In this document: in pieces, positions 17,482 to 25,905 of the stretch
Numbering within the stretch: the first letter of the stretch is position 1
How the letters are laid out: every line of letters starts with the position of its first letter
NCBI GenBank assembly: GCA_035530115.1
Contig: DATKVL010000107.1
Span: 1-52,527, forward strand
DNA length: 52,527 nucleotides
Origin: Dehalococcoidia bacterium
GTDB taxonomy: Bacteria; Chloroflexota; Dehalococcoidia; GIF9; AB-539-J10
Reading direction: 5' to 3'
Position numbers and translations under genes: made by a program
The notes under the pieces: generated by a model
The model's input: only the letters and a program-made list of their open reading frames with translations
Databases searched by the model: none
What the model was told of the DNA's origin: nothing

Positions 17482-17898
17482 ATGGCAGCACCAAACTACC
17501 CCGTTGAGGGGCTAATCGGAAAGATAACGCTCGGCGGAACCATCATCGGACACCTGCTCGGTGTAGAGCTGAGCGGCGACCGATCAGTGACACACTACAG
17601 GGCTATGGGGACTTACGACGCCACCACGCTACTCCGCGGCCGTAGGAACTATGAGGGGAGCGCCCGCAAAGCATTCATCTGCGGGGACTTCCTGACGCTG
17701 TTCCGAAACAACTGCGGAACCATAGCAGGCACATTCTACCCCCGCTACGGCCACTGCACAGGCGGCACAGCCGCGTGCGGAACCATAGCAGGCTCACTCA
17801 TCTTCACGGGCTGGCGCCTAACCGGCTGGGAAGCCGAAGCGGAGGCCGCGAAGATCGAAGAGCTAACCTTCGCCATGTACAACGTCAGCCAACCTTAA
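17482..17898 (+). CDS. Hypothetical structural protein (between scaffold and MCP; decoration protein?)
   Basis: ORF track 138 aa; aggtgat SD upstream; function inferred from position only. Confidence 0.45.
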   Translation: MAAPNYPVEGLIGKITLGGTIIGHLLGVELSGDRSVTHYRAMGTYDATTLLRGRRNYEGSARKAFICGDFLTLFRNNCGTIAGTFYPRYGHCTGGTAACGTIAGSLIFTGWRLTGWEAEAEAAKIEELTFAMYNVSQP

Positions 17899-17917
17899 AC
17901 CCCGCTGAAACACCGTC

Positions 17918-17950
17918 CATCCTTCCCCCCCGCCTTTTTATAGGGGATCC
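17918..17950 (+). terminator. C-rich/T5 motif (ccatccttcccccccgcctttttataggggatcc); terminator or TATA-containing promoter upstream of the MCP gene
   Basis: Related copy at 19290..19323 on the other side of the MCP gene; CCCC...T5...GGGG mini-hairpin with oligo-T. Confidence 0.45.
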
Positions 17951-18082
17951 CTGTAGAGTGGAGCTCAAAGTCAAAAGCTGACCGCGCATAAGTGCCTGCG
18001 CGATAAAAATTGTGGCACTCGGCGGACTAAATCGGGCATGCCGCCGTTAAACGCCGCCCACCAAAAAAGGTGATTAAAGAAA

Positions 18083-19273
18083 TTGAGTAAATCCGAAATC
18101 GAATCCCCCATAGAAGTGTCAATCGACACCAAAGGCATGGAAGACAGACTCAACAACAACTTCAACCTCAAGTTCAAGAAGCTAGAGGAGATGCTCACCG
18201 CACAAGAGAAGACAGAGGCTCTCACCGAGAGCGTAGGCGACAACAAGTTCGTCGACTACGACTGGCGTGAAGGCATCGACGAGATGCTCAGAAGCTTCAG
18301 GCCGAGCGACAACATCCGCACCGACGCCTGGCAGGACAGGCGTCCGATCGAGAAGTTAGCCATCCGCACCTACGACGAGAAAACCAAGAAAACCAGCTAT
18401 AAACTATCCGAGAAGCTAGTCGAAACCATCGGAACCATCAGCACGACTACCTGCTGCATCCCCGAGGTGTGGGCCGACAAGATCGAGCGCGACCACGTCT
18501 ACCCGGGCAGCGTCTTCCTAGACGCATGGTTCGTAAGATGGTACGACGACATCAAGGGCAAGCCAGGCGACAAGATCAACATCTGCCGCGTGGCCCCCGC
18601 AGTATGTACCGACCTAACATGCGAGGAACCCGCAACCACGGCACCCGTGGTTACGTGCCCCGCCATCGAACTGCACCACGACGTCTGCGCCACCGCTATC
18701 TGCAAGAACACCATGGAGACCGTGCAGTACGGTCTCGTAGACGCCATCACGGAAGGCCTCGGCAGCTGCCTGCAGGTCTGTGTGGACAACTACTTCTTCG
18801 ACGTCGCCCTCGCCGGCGACAACGCCGGAACACTGACATGCACCGGCCCCATGGCCGGCTCCATAATCGTCGAGGCGATGGGAAGCATGATGGCTGGAAC
18901 TTACAAGCCAGTCAAGATTATCATGCACCCCGTCGTCTGGGCTTCGCTGATGCAGGACACCAACTTCAGCTATGCTAACAGGTTCGGCGCCAGAGACGCC
19001 ATTCTAGGCGGGCGGCTTGAAGAGGCTTACGGCCTCGAAATCAACGTGGCCCCGAAGGGCACGCTGCTCATCGGCGGCGGAACCTACCGGACACTGCTAC
19101 TGGCCAACGGCGCCCTCGCCGGTGCCCTGAAGCACGGGATAACGATCGAGACGGAGTACTCGCCACGCCTCCAGAAGAAGTGGATAATTGCCGACATCAA
19201 GTATGGCGGCACGCGTCTGCACCCTGACGGGATCTTCTGGATCGAGACGGTCGAGTCCCCGTTCTCCTGCTAG
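18083..19273 (+). CDS. Major capsid protein, HK97 fold
   Basis: 396 aa after scaffold-like gene; ggtgat SD 8 nt before TTG start; C-terminal LLLANGALAGALKHGITIETEYSPRLQKKWIIADIKYGG is typical of HK97-family MCPs. Confidence 0.8.
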   Translation: MSKSEIESPIEVSIDTKGMEDRLNNNFNLKFKKLEEMLTAQEKTEALTESVGDNKFVDYDWREGIDEMLRSFRPSDNIRTDAWQDRRPIEKLAIRTYDEKTKKTSYKLSEKLVETIGTISTTTCCIPEVWADKIERDHVYPGSVFLDAWFVRWYDDIKGKPGDKINICRVAPAVCTDLTCEEPATTAPVVTCPAIELHHDVCATAICKNTMETVQYGLVDAITEGLGSCLQVCVDNYFFDVALAGDNAGTLTCTGPMAGSIIVEAMGSMMAGTYKPVKIIMHPVVWASLMQDTNFSYANRFGARDAILGGRLEEAYGLEINVAPKGTLLIGGGTYRTLLLANGALAGALKHGITIETEYSPRLQKKWIIADIKYGGTRLHPDGIFWIETVESPFSC

Positions 19274-19289
19274 CCAACTAGACCAGGCT

Positions 19290-19323
19290 GACCTTCTTTC
19301 CCCCCGGGTTTTTACGGGATAAT
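19290..19323 (+). terminator. C-rich/T5 motif copy 2 (gaccttctttccccccgggtttttacgggataat)
   Basis: Immediately after the MCP stop; CCCG-ggttttta-CGGG hairpin with T5. Confidence 0.45.
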
Positions 19324-19345
19324 AGTTTCATGTATTGATGGAGAT

Positions 19346-21412
19346 ATGAAATTGGAGAAGAGAGAGATCAAAGTAAGTTCAACAAAGAGATTCAAAGGCA
19401 GCGCCCCACCAAACTTCTATTCAAGAGAGTATTTTCTTGAGGGGGAGGGTAGCAACTATGGCAGGGAGCCGTTCGCGCCCTACGACGAGTCGTACCTAAT
19501 AAGAAACCGTGAGCTCGTCAAAAGGATACTATCCGTCGCACCTAGACTAAACACGGTTCTGGTTCTCGGGGCAGCCCGGGGCTACCTGGTCCGTGCCTTC
19601 CGTGAGCGCGGCGTCAACGCCGACGGAGTAGACTTGAGCCGGTGGGCCGTGGAGAACTGCGCCGAAGGCGTCGAGCCCTACATGTATTGGGGCGACGTAT
19701 GCGACCTCAGTAAATGGGTTGACGGGGGGGTTGACCTCGTCGTGGCCCTCGACGTGCTAGAGCATATTCGAGCCCCGGATGATGAAATACCGTATGATGA
19801 ATCGCTCTATAAGGCGCTAGATGAGGCGGTCCGAGTTGGCTGTATGGTGCTGCTTGACGTCCCCATAATGCCCCATGACGATGAGCCCGACCAGAGCCAC
19901 GGCACCGATAAGAGCCACGTAAGCTGCTACTCCAAACACTGGTGGATAAGACAGTTCATGGAGAGGGGTATGGAGCCCTTCGGTCAGCCCAACGAGTACG
20001 CCTATCCAGAGGAGAAGGAGGACTCGCCGTGGCCGGATAAACATGACCACGGCTACACCGTCTGGTTCCGCCGCCCCATCCCCACCCCGACGGCTGAGAA
20101 CATAACGTTAACGCCGGTCGCTAAGGGAAGTCAGGACTTCAAGATTCTGTGGTGGGCTAACGCATTCTTCTGTGGAACCGGGTACGGGGTAGGCACCGCC
20201 GGCGTAGTCTTTGACCTATTAGAACACTATAACGTGCGGAACCTCGCCTTCTACGGGCTTGAAGGAAAAGCAATGGGGTTCAGCACCCCGATAGGCGGTA
20301 CCCCCGTAAAGGGTCGACGCCCACTCATAACGTACCCTAAACGGTTCGACCAGTTCGGGTCGGACGCCGCGAAACTCATCTGCGACCGATGGAAGCCCGA
20401 CATCATGGTCACACTTTTCGACATCTGGATCGACGAGTCACTAAGCCCCATAGGTCCACCGGGTTGGCTGAGCAGCATGCACCCGTACTGGGTGCCGATC
20501 ATACCCGTGGATCATGACCCGATCCCGATGCCCACGTTGGTGCCCGCGAGGAGGGCGTATAAGCCGGTAGCTATGAGCAGGTTCGGGCAGAGGCAGCTTG
20601 AGGCTAACGGCGTCTCCTCAACATACATCCCGCACGGCGTTGAAACATCTGTATTCAAGCCTTCGGAGGACAAAGTGGTGAGTCGGCAGCACCTTCAGGA
20701 CATATCGGTTCCGCTCGTCGCCGGTAAAGCTGAGCCGTGGCCCGAGGACTGCTTCGTCATCGGCAAGGTCGCCGCCAACAAGGACACTAAACGTAAAGGC
20801 TTCGACAAGGACGCCCTGGCTCTAAACATATTCTTCGAGAACAACCCTGACGCTAAGAAGGATACCCGGGTCTTCATGCATACGCTCCCCCGCTTCCCCG
20901 GCGGCTTCAACATAGACCACTGGTACGACATCTGCGGTGTCGCACAATACGTGAAAGTCATAGACGAGTTCTTCTGGTGGCAGGGCTTGACCCCCGAGGA
21001 TATGGCGAAACTCTACGGCGGCTTCGATGTACTATTGAATGCCAGTCGCGGCGAGGGGTTCGGCATACCCATCATCGAAGCAGCCGCCTGCGGGGTGCCG
21101 ACGATAGGAACCAACTTCACGGCCATGCCCGAACTCATAAGAGGGCACGGCTGGCTGGTGGAGAAATATAACCGGGAACTCACGGCGGCGCTCAGTTTCA
21201 TCGCGTCTCCGAGCGAGTACGAGATGGCGCAGCACCTAGAGGATGCCTATAACAACCGCGACAAAACTGCACAATTCGGCGAGGCGTCGAGGAAATTCGC
21301 CCTGAACTACGACTGGCGTAAAGTAATTGTGCCTTTGTGGGTCAACCTCATAGAGGAGATACGGGAGGAGATGCGTCCAAGAACCCTCGCGGAGAGGAGG
21401 ATGATGACATGA
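19346..21412 (+). CDS. Fusion protein: class I SAM-methyltransferase (N-terminal) plus GT-B glycosyltransferase family 1/4-like (C-terminal)
   Basis: VLVLGAARGYL...GVDLS...VVALDVLEHI (MTase motifs I-III); C-terminal DVLLNASRGEGFGIPIIEAAACGVPTIGTNFTAMPELI (E-x7-E GT1 motif). Confidence 0.8.
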   Translation: MKLEKREIKVSSTKRFKGSAPPNFYSREYFLEGEGSNYGREPFAPYDESYLIRNRELVKRILSVAPRLNTVLVLGAARGYLVRAFRERGVNADGVDLSRWAVENCAEGVEPYMYWGDVCDLSKWVDGGVDLVVALDVLEHIRAPDDEIPYDESLYKALDEAVRVGCMVLLDVPIMPHDDEPDQSHGTDKSHVSCYSKHWWIRQFMERGMEPFGQPNEYAYPEEKEDSPWPDKHDHGYTVWFRRPIPTPTAENITLTPVAKGSQDFKILWWANAFFCGTGYGVGTAGVVFDLLEHYNVRNLAFYGLEGKAMGFSTPIGGTPVKGRRPLITYPKRFDQFGSDAAKLICDRWKPDIMVTLFDIWIDESLSPIGPPGWLSSMHPYWVPIIPVDHDPIPMPTLVPARRAYKPVAMSRFGQRQLEANGVSSTYIPHGVETSVFKPSEDKVVSRQHLQDISVPLVAGKAEPWPEDCFVIGKVAANKDTKRKGFDKDALALNIFFENNPDAKKDTRVFMHTLPRFPGGFNIDHWYDICGVAQYVKVIDEFFWWQGLTPEDMAKLYGGFDVLLNASRGEGFGIPIIEAAACGVPTIGTNFTAMPELIRGHGWLVEKYNRELTAALSFIASPSEYEMAQHLEDAYNNRDKTAQFGEASRKFALNYDWRKVIVPLWVNLIEEIREEMRPRTLAERRMMT

Positions 21413-22218
21413 GCGTCATGGTCGGCGTCCCAGTTAAGAACTCGGCGATTTGGCTCGCCCGCTTCCTTGAGCAGCTTGAGAAACTTGAGGACGTGTCCCG
21501 CGTCATATTCAGTTATGGCTTTAGCCGCGACCCTACGCTTAATATCTTACAACAGTATGAGCATGACACTAAGCACCCGACGGAGATAATCGCTGAGCCG
21601 TGGATGCCCGGACCCCTATCCGCCGCTGAGATCGCCCCCGTCTACAAGGACTTCCAGGAGATCATCGGCGAGGAGGGCTGGGAGGAGGAGACCCACTTCC
21701 TGCTTCTCGACGCCGACATAATGCATGCCCCCGCCGACCTGATCCAACGCCTGAAGAAACATGACAAAGACATCATCGCCCCCTTCGTGTGGGTTGACAG
21801 ATCGAACCCCCGCCAGTTCTTCGACATCCACTGCTTCCGAATATATGAACACCGGTTCCACCCCTTCTCGCCACCCGACCCCAACAACGGAGAGCCTTTC
21901 GAGCTAGACAGCGTCGGCAGCTGCTACCTCGCCAAATACGAGCCATTCAAGCTTGTCGACTATGAGAACCCGCACCCACATATACGGTTCTGCGAGAACG
22001 CGTTGAAGGAAGGCTACGAGGTCTGGGCTGACCCAGGCACTGAGGTGCTGCACCTCGACGATATGAAGCTCGGCATAAAGAAGACGGCAATCGAGACGTT
22101 GAGGGGGCAGCCCTTCAACCCACCACCATACATAATGAAGGACGGCACAGTCGTTGACGGCGAGCAGATCGCTAAGGACGCCATCGACGCCTTCGTCTGG
22201 GGGCGAGCACCGAAATGA
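21409..22218 (+). CDS. Glycosyltransferase, GT-A fold (DxD)
   Basis: ATGA overlap; MVGVPVKNSAIWL...HFLLLDADIMH...DSVGSCYL pattern. Confidence 0.6.
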   Translation: MSVMVGVPVKNSAIWLARFLEQLEKLEDVSRVIFSYGFSRDPTLNILQQYEHDTKHPTEIIAEPWMPGPLSAAEIAPVYKDFQEIIGEEGWEEETHFLLLDADIMHAPADLIQRLKKHDKDIIAPFVWVDRSNPRQFFDIHCFRIYEHRFHPFSPPDPNNGEPFELDSVGSCYLAKYEPFKLVDYENPHPHIRFCENALKEGYEVWADPGTEVLHLDDMKLGIKKTAIETLRGQPFNPPPYIMKDGTVVDGEQIAKDAIDAFVWGRAPK

Positions 22219-22379
22219 GGTTCTGTAAATATTGCAACCGGAACGTCCGACCTCATAAAGGCTGGAGCTGGATCGGCTTCATCTTCGGCTTCGGCATATT
22301 CTACCTAATATATTACCTATTGAAGACGCCGTGCTGCCCCATCTGCGGATCCAGACTAGGGCGGCTGAGGCGAGACTAA
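22215..22379 (+). CDS. Small Zn-ribbon/transmembrane protein (54 aa)
   Basis: ATGA overlap; MRFCKYCNRNV...WIGFIFGFGIFYLIYYLL...CCPICGS. Confidence 0.45.
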   Translation: MRFCKYCNRNVRPHKGWSWIGFIFGFGIFYLIYYLLKTPCCPICGSRLGRLRRD

Positions 22380-22380
22380 A

Positions 22381-23193
22381 ATGGCTGTTGAGACCCCGCA
22401 GGTTCACGGCGTGGAGAACCCGGTCTACTCGGTGGTTATCCCCATCCGAGACCGGTGCGGCCACGCCCTCCGTCTCTGCCTGAAAAGCGTGGAACTGCAG
22501 ACGCTTCAACCCCTGGAGCTAATCATAGTCGACTACGGCTCCACCGAGGAAAACCATGAGAAACTGATGAGACTACTCCCAGACTGCACCGTCTACCACT
22601 GTAAGACAGATGCACCCTGGAGCCTCTCCGTCGCCCGAAACATAGGGCTCCGACGGGCCACGGCGAGGACGTCGTGTTCCCTGGATGCCGACCTGATAAT
22701 GGAGCCCCGCGTCCTCGAAGTCGCCCACCGGATACACACCGCCAAACCACGCACCTATATGAGCACCAATGTGACAATCCTAGACTTTGCGGCCGTAGAC
22801 CCCGCCACCCTCACGCTTCCAGAAGACTACGACAAACTAGCTTTAGCACGCTGGACCTTTGGGTCAGAGGGATGGGGCGGCTTCGTGAGCGCCTCCACCG
22901 ATTGGTGGCACGAGTGCCAGGGCTTCGACGAGCGCATGACGGTCTGGGGCTCTGAGGACGTGGATATGTGGAAACGTGCCGCCAGGGCGGGAATGAGTCG
23001 CTACCGGCTCTACGTCGCCGGTGAAGAGGGAACCACCGTATATCACGTGCATCACCCGAGCATACCGGTGAACGCAATTAGGGCTAAAGATAAAAAGGTC
23101 ATAGCGGCCATAAAGCAGAACTCACGGTGGGCTCGAGTCACTAAGGGTGTGAGGCGTAACGACGAAGCCTGGGGGCTGTGGCGTGAAGATTAG
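22381..23193 (+). CDS. Glycosyltransferase family 2
   Basis: YSVVIPIRDR, LIIVDYGST, SLDADLIM (DxD), GFDERMTVWGSEDVDMWKR are canonical GT2 motifs. Confidence 0.85.
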   Translation: MAVETPQVHGVENPVYSVVIPIRDRCGHALRLCLKSVELQTLQPLELIIVDYGSTEENHEKLMRLLPDCTVYHCKTDAPWSLSVARNIGLRRATARTSCSLDADLIMEPRVLEVAHRIHTAKPRTYMSTNVTILDFAAVDPATLTLPEDYDKLALARWTFGSEGWGGFVSASTDWWHECQGFDERMTVWGSEDVDMWKRAARAGMSRYRLYVAGEEGTTVYHVHHPSIPVNAIRAKDKKVIAAIKQNSRWARVTKGVRRNDEAWGLWRED

Positions 23194-24031
23194 CGCCGCC
23201 CTCATCGCCTGGTGTGAGGCGGAGACTATAGACCTCTGCCTTAAATCCCTCAAAGGCCACGCCGACGAGGTCGTGATCTCCGACACAGGTAGCTTCGACG
23301 GAACCGTCGGCAAGGCTCGGGAGTGGCTTGACAGACTAGACTTGCCGGGCGAGGTTTTCAGCGTCACGATTCGAGGGCTCGGTCAGGCCCGCCGGGCAGC
23401 GATAGAGAAATGCACGCATCCGTGGATACAACTGGTAGACGCGAACATCGTCCTCACTGAGGCATTGAAGAAAGAGCTAAGACAGTCTGCTGAGGGAGGG
23501 CGTCCCGGTATGGTTCGCAGCTTAAACCTGATGGGCGACTATGAGCATTACTTCACATCCCTCCCGTTCCATGCTCATCATAACGTATTATTCCCCCGTG
23601 ACGCAATTCGGTGGCGAGATGACTTCGACTACCCTCTTCCAGTCTCGGGGCGAATCCTGCTGAATAATTGGGCAGTGAGCCTCAGCCGGGTAAGGCCGGC
23701 GTGGCGCTACTGGCTCCGAGGTGAGCCCTTCAAACCGGAGACGGGTCGCGAGTGGCGGACGCCGGAGAACCGGCAACTGCAATGGCAATTCTCGGGCGGC
23801 CATCACCCCTCACTCCTGGAGTACGTAGAGGCCGAGGAGGGACTGACCCTTGAGGACGTGAAGCGCATCGCCCCCACCTGGTTCCTAGACCTGTTGCAAC
23901 GCTATGCAGCACCATTAAAGGAGAGTCACCGGCAAGGGCTTCCCGAGGTTATTAGGGAAGAACAGAGAAACCCACGGTACAAGTTGGTCTATGAGGGAGG
24001 TGAAATCGTTGGGCGATGGCCCGAACTCTAA
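23183..24031 (+). CDS. Glycosyltransferase family 2-like
   Basis: EVVISDTGSFDGT resembles the DTGSTDxT motif; GTG start overlaps previous gene. Confidence 0.6.
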   Translation: MKISAALIAWCEAETIDLCLKSLKGHADEVVISDTGSFDGTVGKAREWLDRLDLPGEVFSVTIRGLGQARRAAIEKCTHPWIQLVDANIVLTEALKKELRQSAEGGRPGMVRSLNLMGDYEHYFTSLPFHAHHNVLFPRDAIRWRDDFDYPLPVSGRILLNNWAVSLSRVRPAWRYWLRGEPFKPETGREWRTPENRQLQWQFSGGHHPSLLEYVEAEEGLTLEDVKRIAPTWFLDLLQRYAAPLKESHRQGLPEVIREEQRNPRYKLVYEGGEIVGRWPEL

Positions 24032-24770
24032 TGTAGCTGAATCATCAGGAATCCAATCGTCTAAACCCAAAGTCTCGTTAATAGTGACGAGTCATAACCA
24101 GATTATGTATAGCCAGATGATGTATTCTTCTCTGAAAAAGTACACTCGATACCCCTATGAACTTGTCTGGGTTGATTGTATAAGCACCGATGGAACGAGG
24201 GAGTGGCTTAATTCGGAGCTACACAAGGAAACCGTGAAAGTCTTCGTGCCAAAAATTGGGATAGGCGAGGCGATGAACATCGGCTTCAGTAAATGTAGCA
24301 AAGAAAGCGAATACATTGGTGACTTGGACAATGATTTGATTCTAACAGAAGGTTGGCTTACGAGATTGATCCAGCATATGGAGATGGACAAGAAAATAGC
24401 AGTGTGCCAGGCACTATGGAGTCTCCGTGGAAAAGATCCGGAGAAAATACATGAATTTGCACGGACTATAAAGAATAATAACGGCTTGAAGAAAATGTGG
24501 TGGGTTAATGGGAGCCACACCCTCTTCAGAAGAAGTGCTCTTGAACAAGTTGGACTTTGGAACCCTATTTACTGGATGGGTGAAGATAAGGATATTGGGA
24601 TACGGTTATCAAACGCTGGCTTTAAGAATGTAATTGCTTTGAATACATGTGTTTATCACTTTCAGGGGAGAACTACTAGCGTGATAGAAAAAACTGATCC
24701 AGAATGGAACAAACACAGGATAGAGTCAAAACGTTTATTAGATAAACTGTATGGTTCACGTAAACGGTAG
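23991..24770 (+). CDS. Glycosyltransferase family 2
   Basis: VSLIVTSHNQ, LVWVDCISTDGT, DLDNDLIL (DxD); alternative starts GTG 24000 or TTG 24009; composition turns AT-rich here. Confidence 0.75.
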   Translation: MREVKSLGDGPNSNVAESSGIQSSKPKVSLIVTSHNQIMYSQMMYSSLKKYTRYPYELVWVDCISTDGTREWLNSELHKETVKVFVPKIGIGEAMNIGFSKCSKESEYIGDLDNDLILTEGWLTRLIQHMEMDKKIAVCQALWSLRGKDPEKIHEFARTIKNNNGLKKMWWVNGSHTLFRRSALEQVGLWNPIYWMGEDKDIGIRLSNAGFKNVIALNTCVYHFQGRTTSVIEKTDPEWNKHRIESKRLLDKLYGSRKR

Positions 24771-24787
24771 GCTGGAAAATCGCTGGA

Positions 24788-25882
24788 TTGAATGTAGACT
24801 TGCTAACATATGAAAACGTTCTATCTAGATCCAAGATGAAAAGTGACATAAATAAACACCTGACTCGCCTCTATAAGCTAACTGCCAATATCCCTTTTAA
24901 AGAAAAGGTTGTAGTAGAACTTGGGGTGAGAAGTGGAGAGTCTACAACAGCATTGTTAGCTGCTGTAAACGATACAGGTGGGCGATTAATCAGTGTGGAT
25001 ATAGCAGAATGCAACAAGACTAGAAGACGATTGAAAGGAGAACCCAATTGGTCTTTTATCCATGGAAACGATATAGAGATCATCAAAGAATGGGACAAGC
25101 CAATAGACCACCTATTCATTGATACGAGCCATACCTTTAAACACACTCTTGCAGAACTCCGTGAATGGGGGGACTGGGTTAAAGAAAATGGAATAATGTC
25201 CCTTCACGACACAACTGCACAGAACTATCCTGATCTTATGAAAGCAATAGAAAAATATCTTGAAGAGAATCCAACATTTTTATTTACTAATTATCCCGAG
25301 TGTTTCGGTCTTGGTGTTATACAAAAACAGTCTAATGCTTTACCCAAGGAGTATTGGGAAGCTTGTAGATGGTATTTGAATGATGCTTACGACTTAGATA
25401 TAGATGATAAAACATCTTTTTATCCACAGAGATATTACGAAATTGCTGACGTATTAAAATCATTGGAGCCAAACCCCCAAAAAATATTGGAGGTTGGTTG
25501 CTTAACTGGTTACGGCATCAACATTTTGGAAAGTAGAGGCTTTGAGATCTATGGAATAGAAATTTATGGAAGGGCAATAAGAAAAAGGGTGTCTGATCAC
25601 ATCATTAAGGCTTCAACGGAGACCTTGCCCTTCAGGAACAAAAGTTTTGATGCCGTGATTAGTCTTGGAGTCCTGGAGCATATACACAGATCCGGCTTGG
25701 ATAGGGTCCTCCTTGAAATGGACAGGGTCGGTAAAGCAAACATCCATAGAATACACATGAAAGGTTTTGGTCGGTTTTGGAATCGTTCTTGGCACATAAC
25801 GGTCGAAAACATAGGTTTCTGGAAAACCTTGCTTGAAAAACTTGGGATTGGGGAGCATTGGCACTTGTATCATGAACCTTAA
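24788..25882 (+). CDS. Tandem double SAM-dependent methyltransferase
   Basis: Domain 1: VVVELGVRSGESTTAL...FIDTSHT (Methyltransf_24/O-MTase-like). Domain 2: ILEVGCLTGYGINIL...FDAVISLGVLEHI (Methyltransf_11-like). Confidence 0.75.
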   Translation: MNVDLLTYENVLSRSKMKSDINKHLTRLYKLTANIPFKEKVVVELGVRSGESTTALLAAVNDTGGRLISVDIAECNKTRRRLKGEPNWSFIHGNDIEIIKEWDKPIDHLFIDTSHTFKHTLAELREWGDWVKENGIMSLHDTTAQNYPDLMKAIEKYLEENPTFLFTNYPECFGLGVIQKQSNALPKEYWEACRWYLNDAYDLDIDDKTSFYPQRYYEIADVLKSLEPNPQKILEVGCLTGYGINILESRGFEIYGIEIYGRAIRKRVSDHIIKASTETLPFRNKSFDAVISLGVLEHIHRSGLDRVLLEMDRVGKANIHRIHMKGFGRFWNRSWHITVENIGFWKTLLEKLGIGEHWHLYHEP

Positions 25883-25905
25883 TAATTCTTAGGAGGAAAA
25901 TATTG

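Noticed and set aside
18469-18978. Alternative-frame + strand ORFs with Arg/Pro/His-rich products (18469..18978, 12736..13080, 15625..15927, 22674..22955, 36725..37012 minus, 32209..32565 minus)
   Set aside because: They overlap recognisable genes (MCP, scaffold-like, GT2, TMP) in another frame, and their composition is the signature of an off-frame reading of GC-rich coding sequence.
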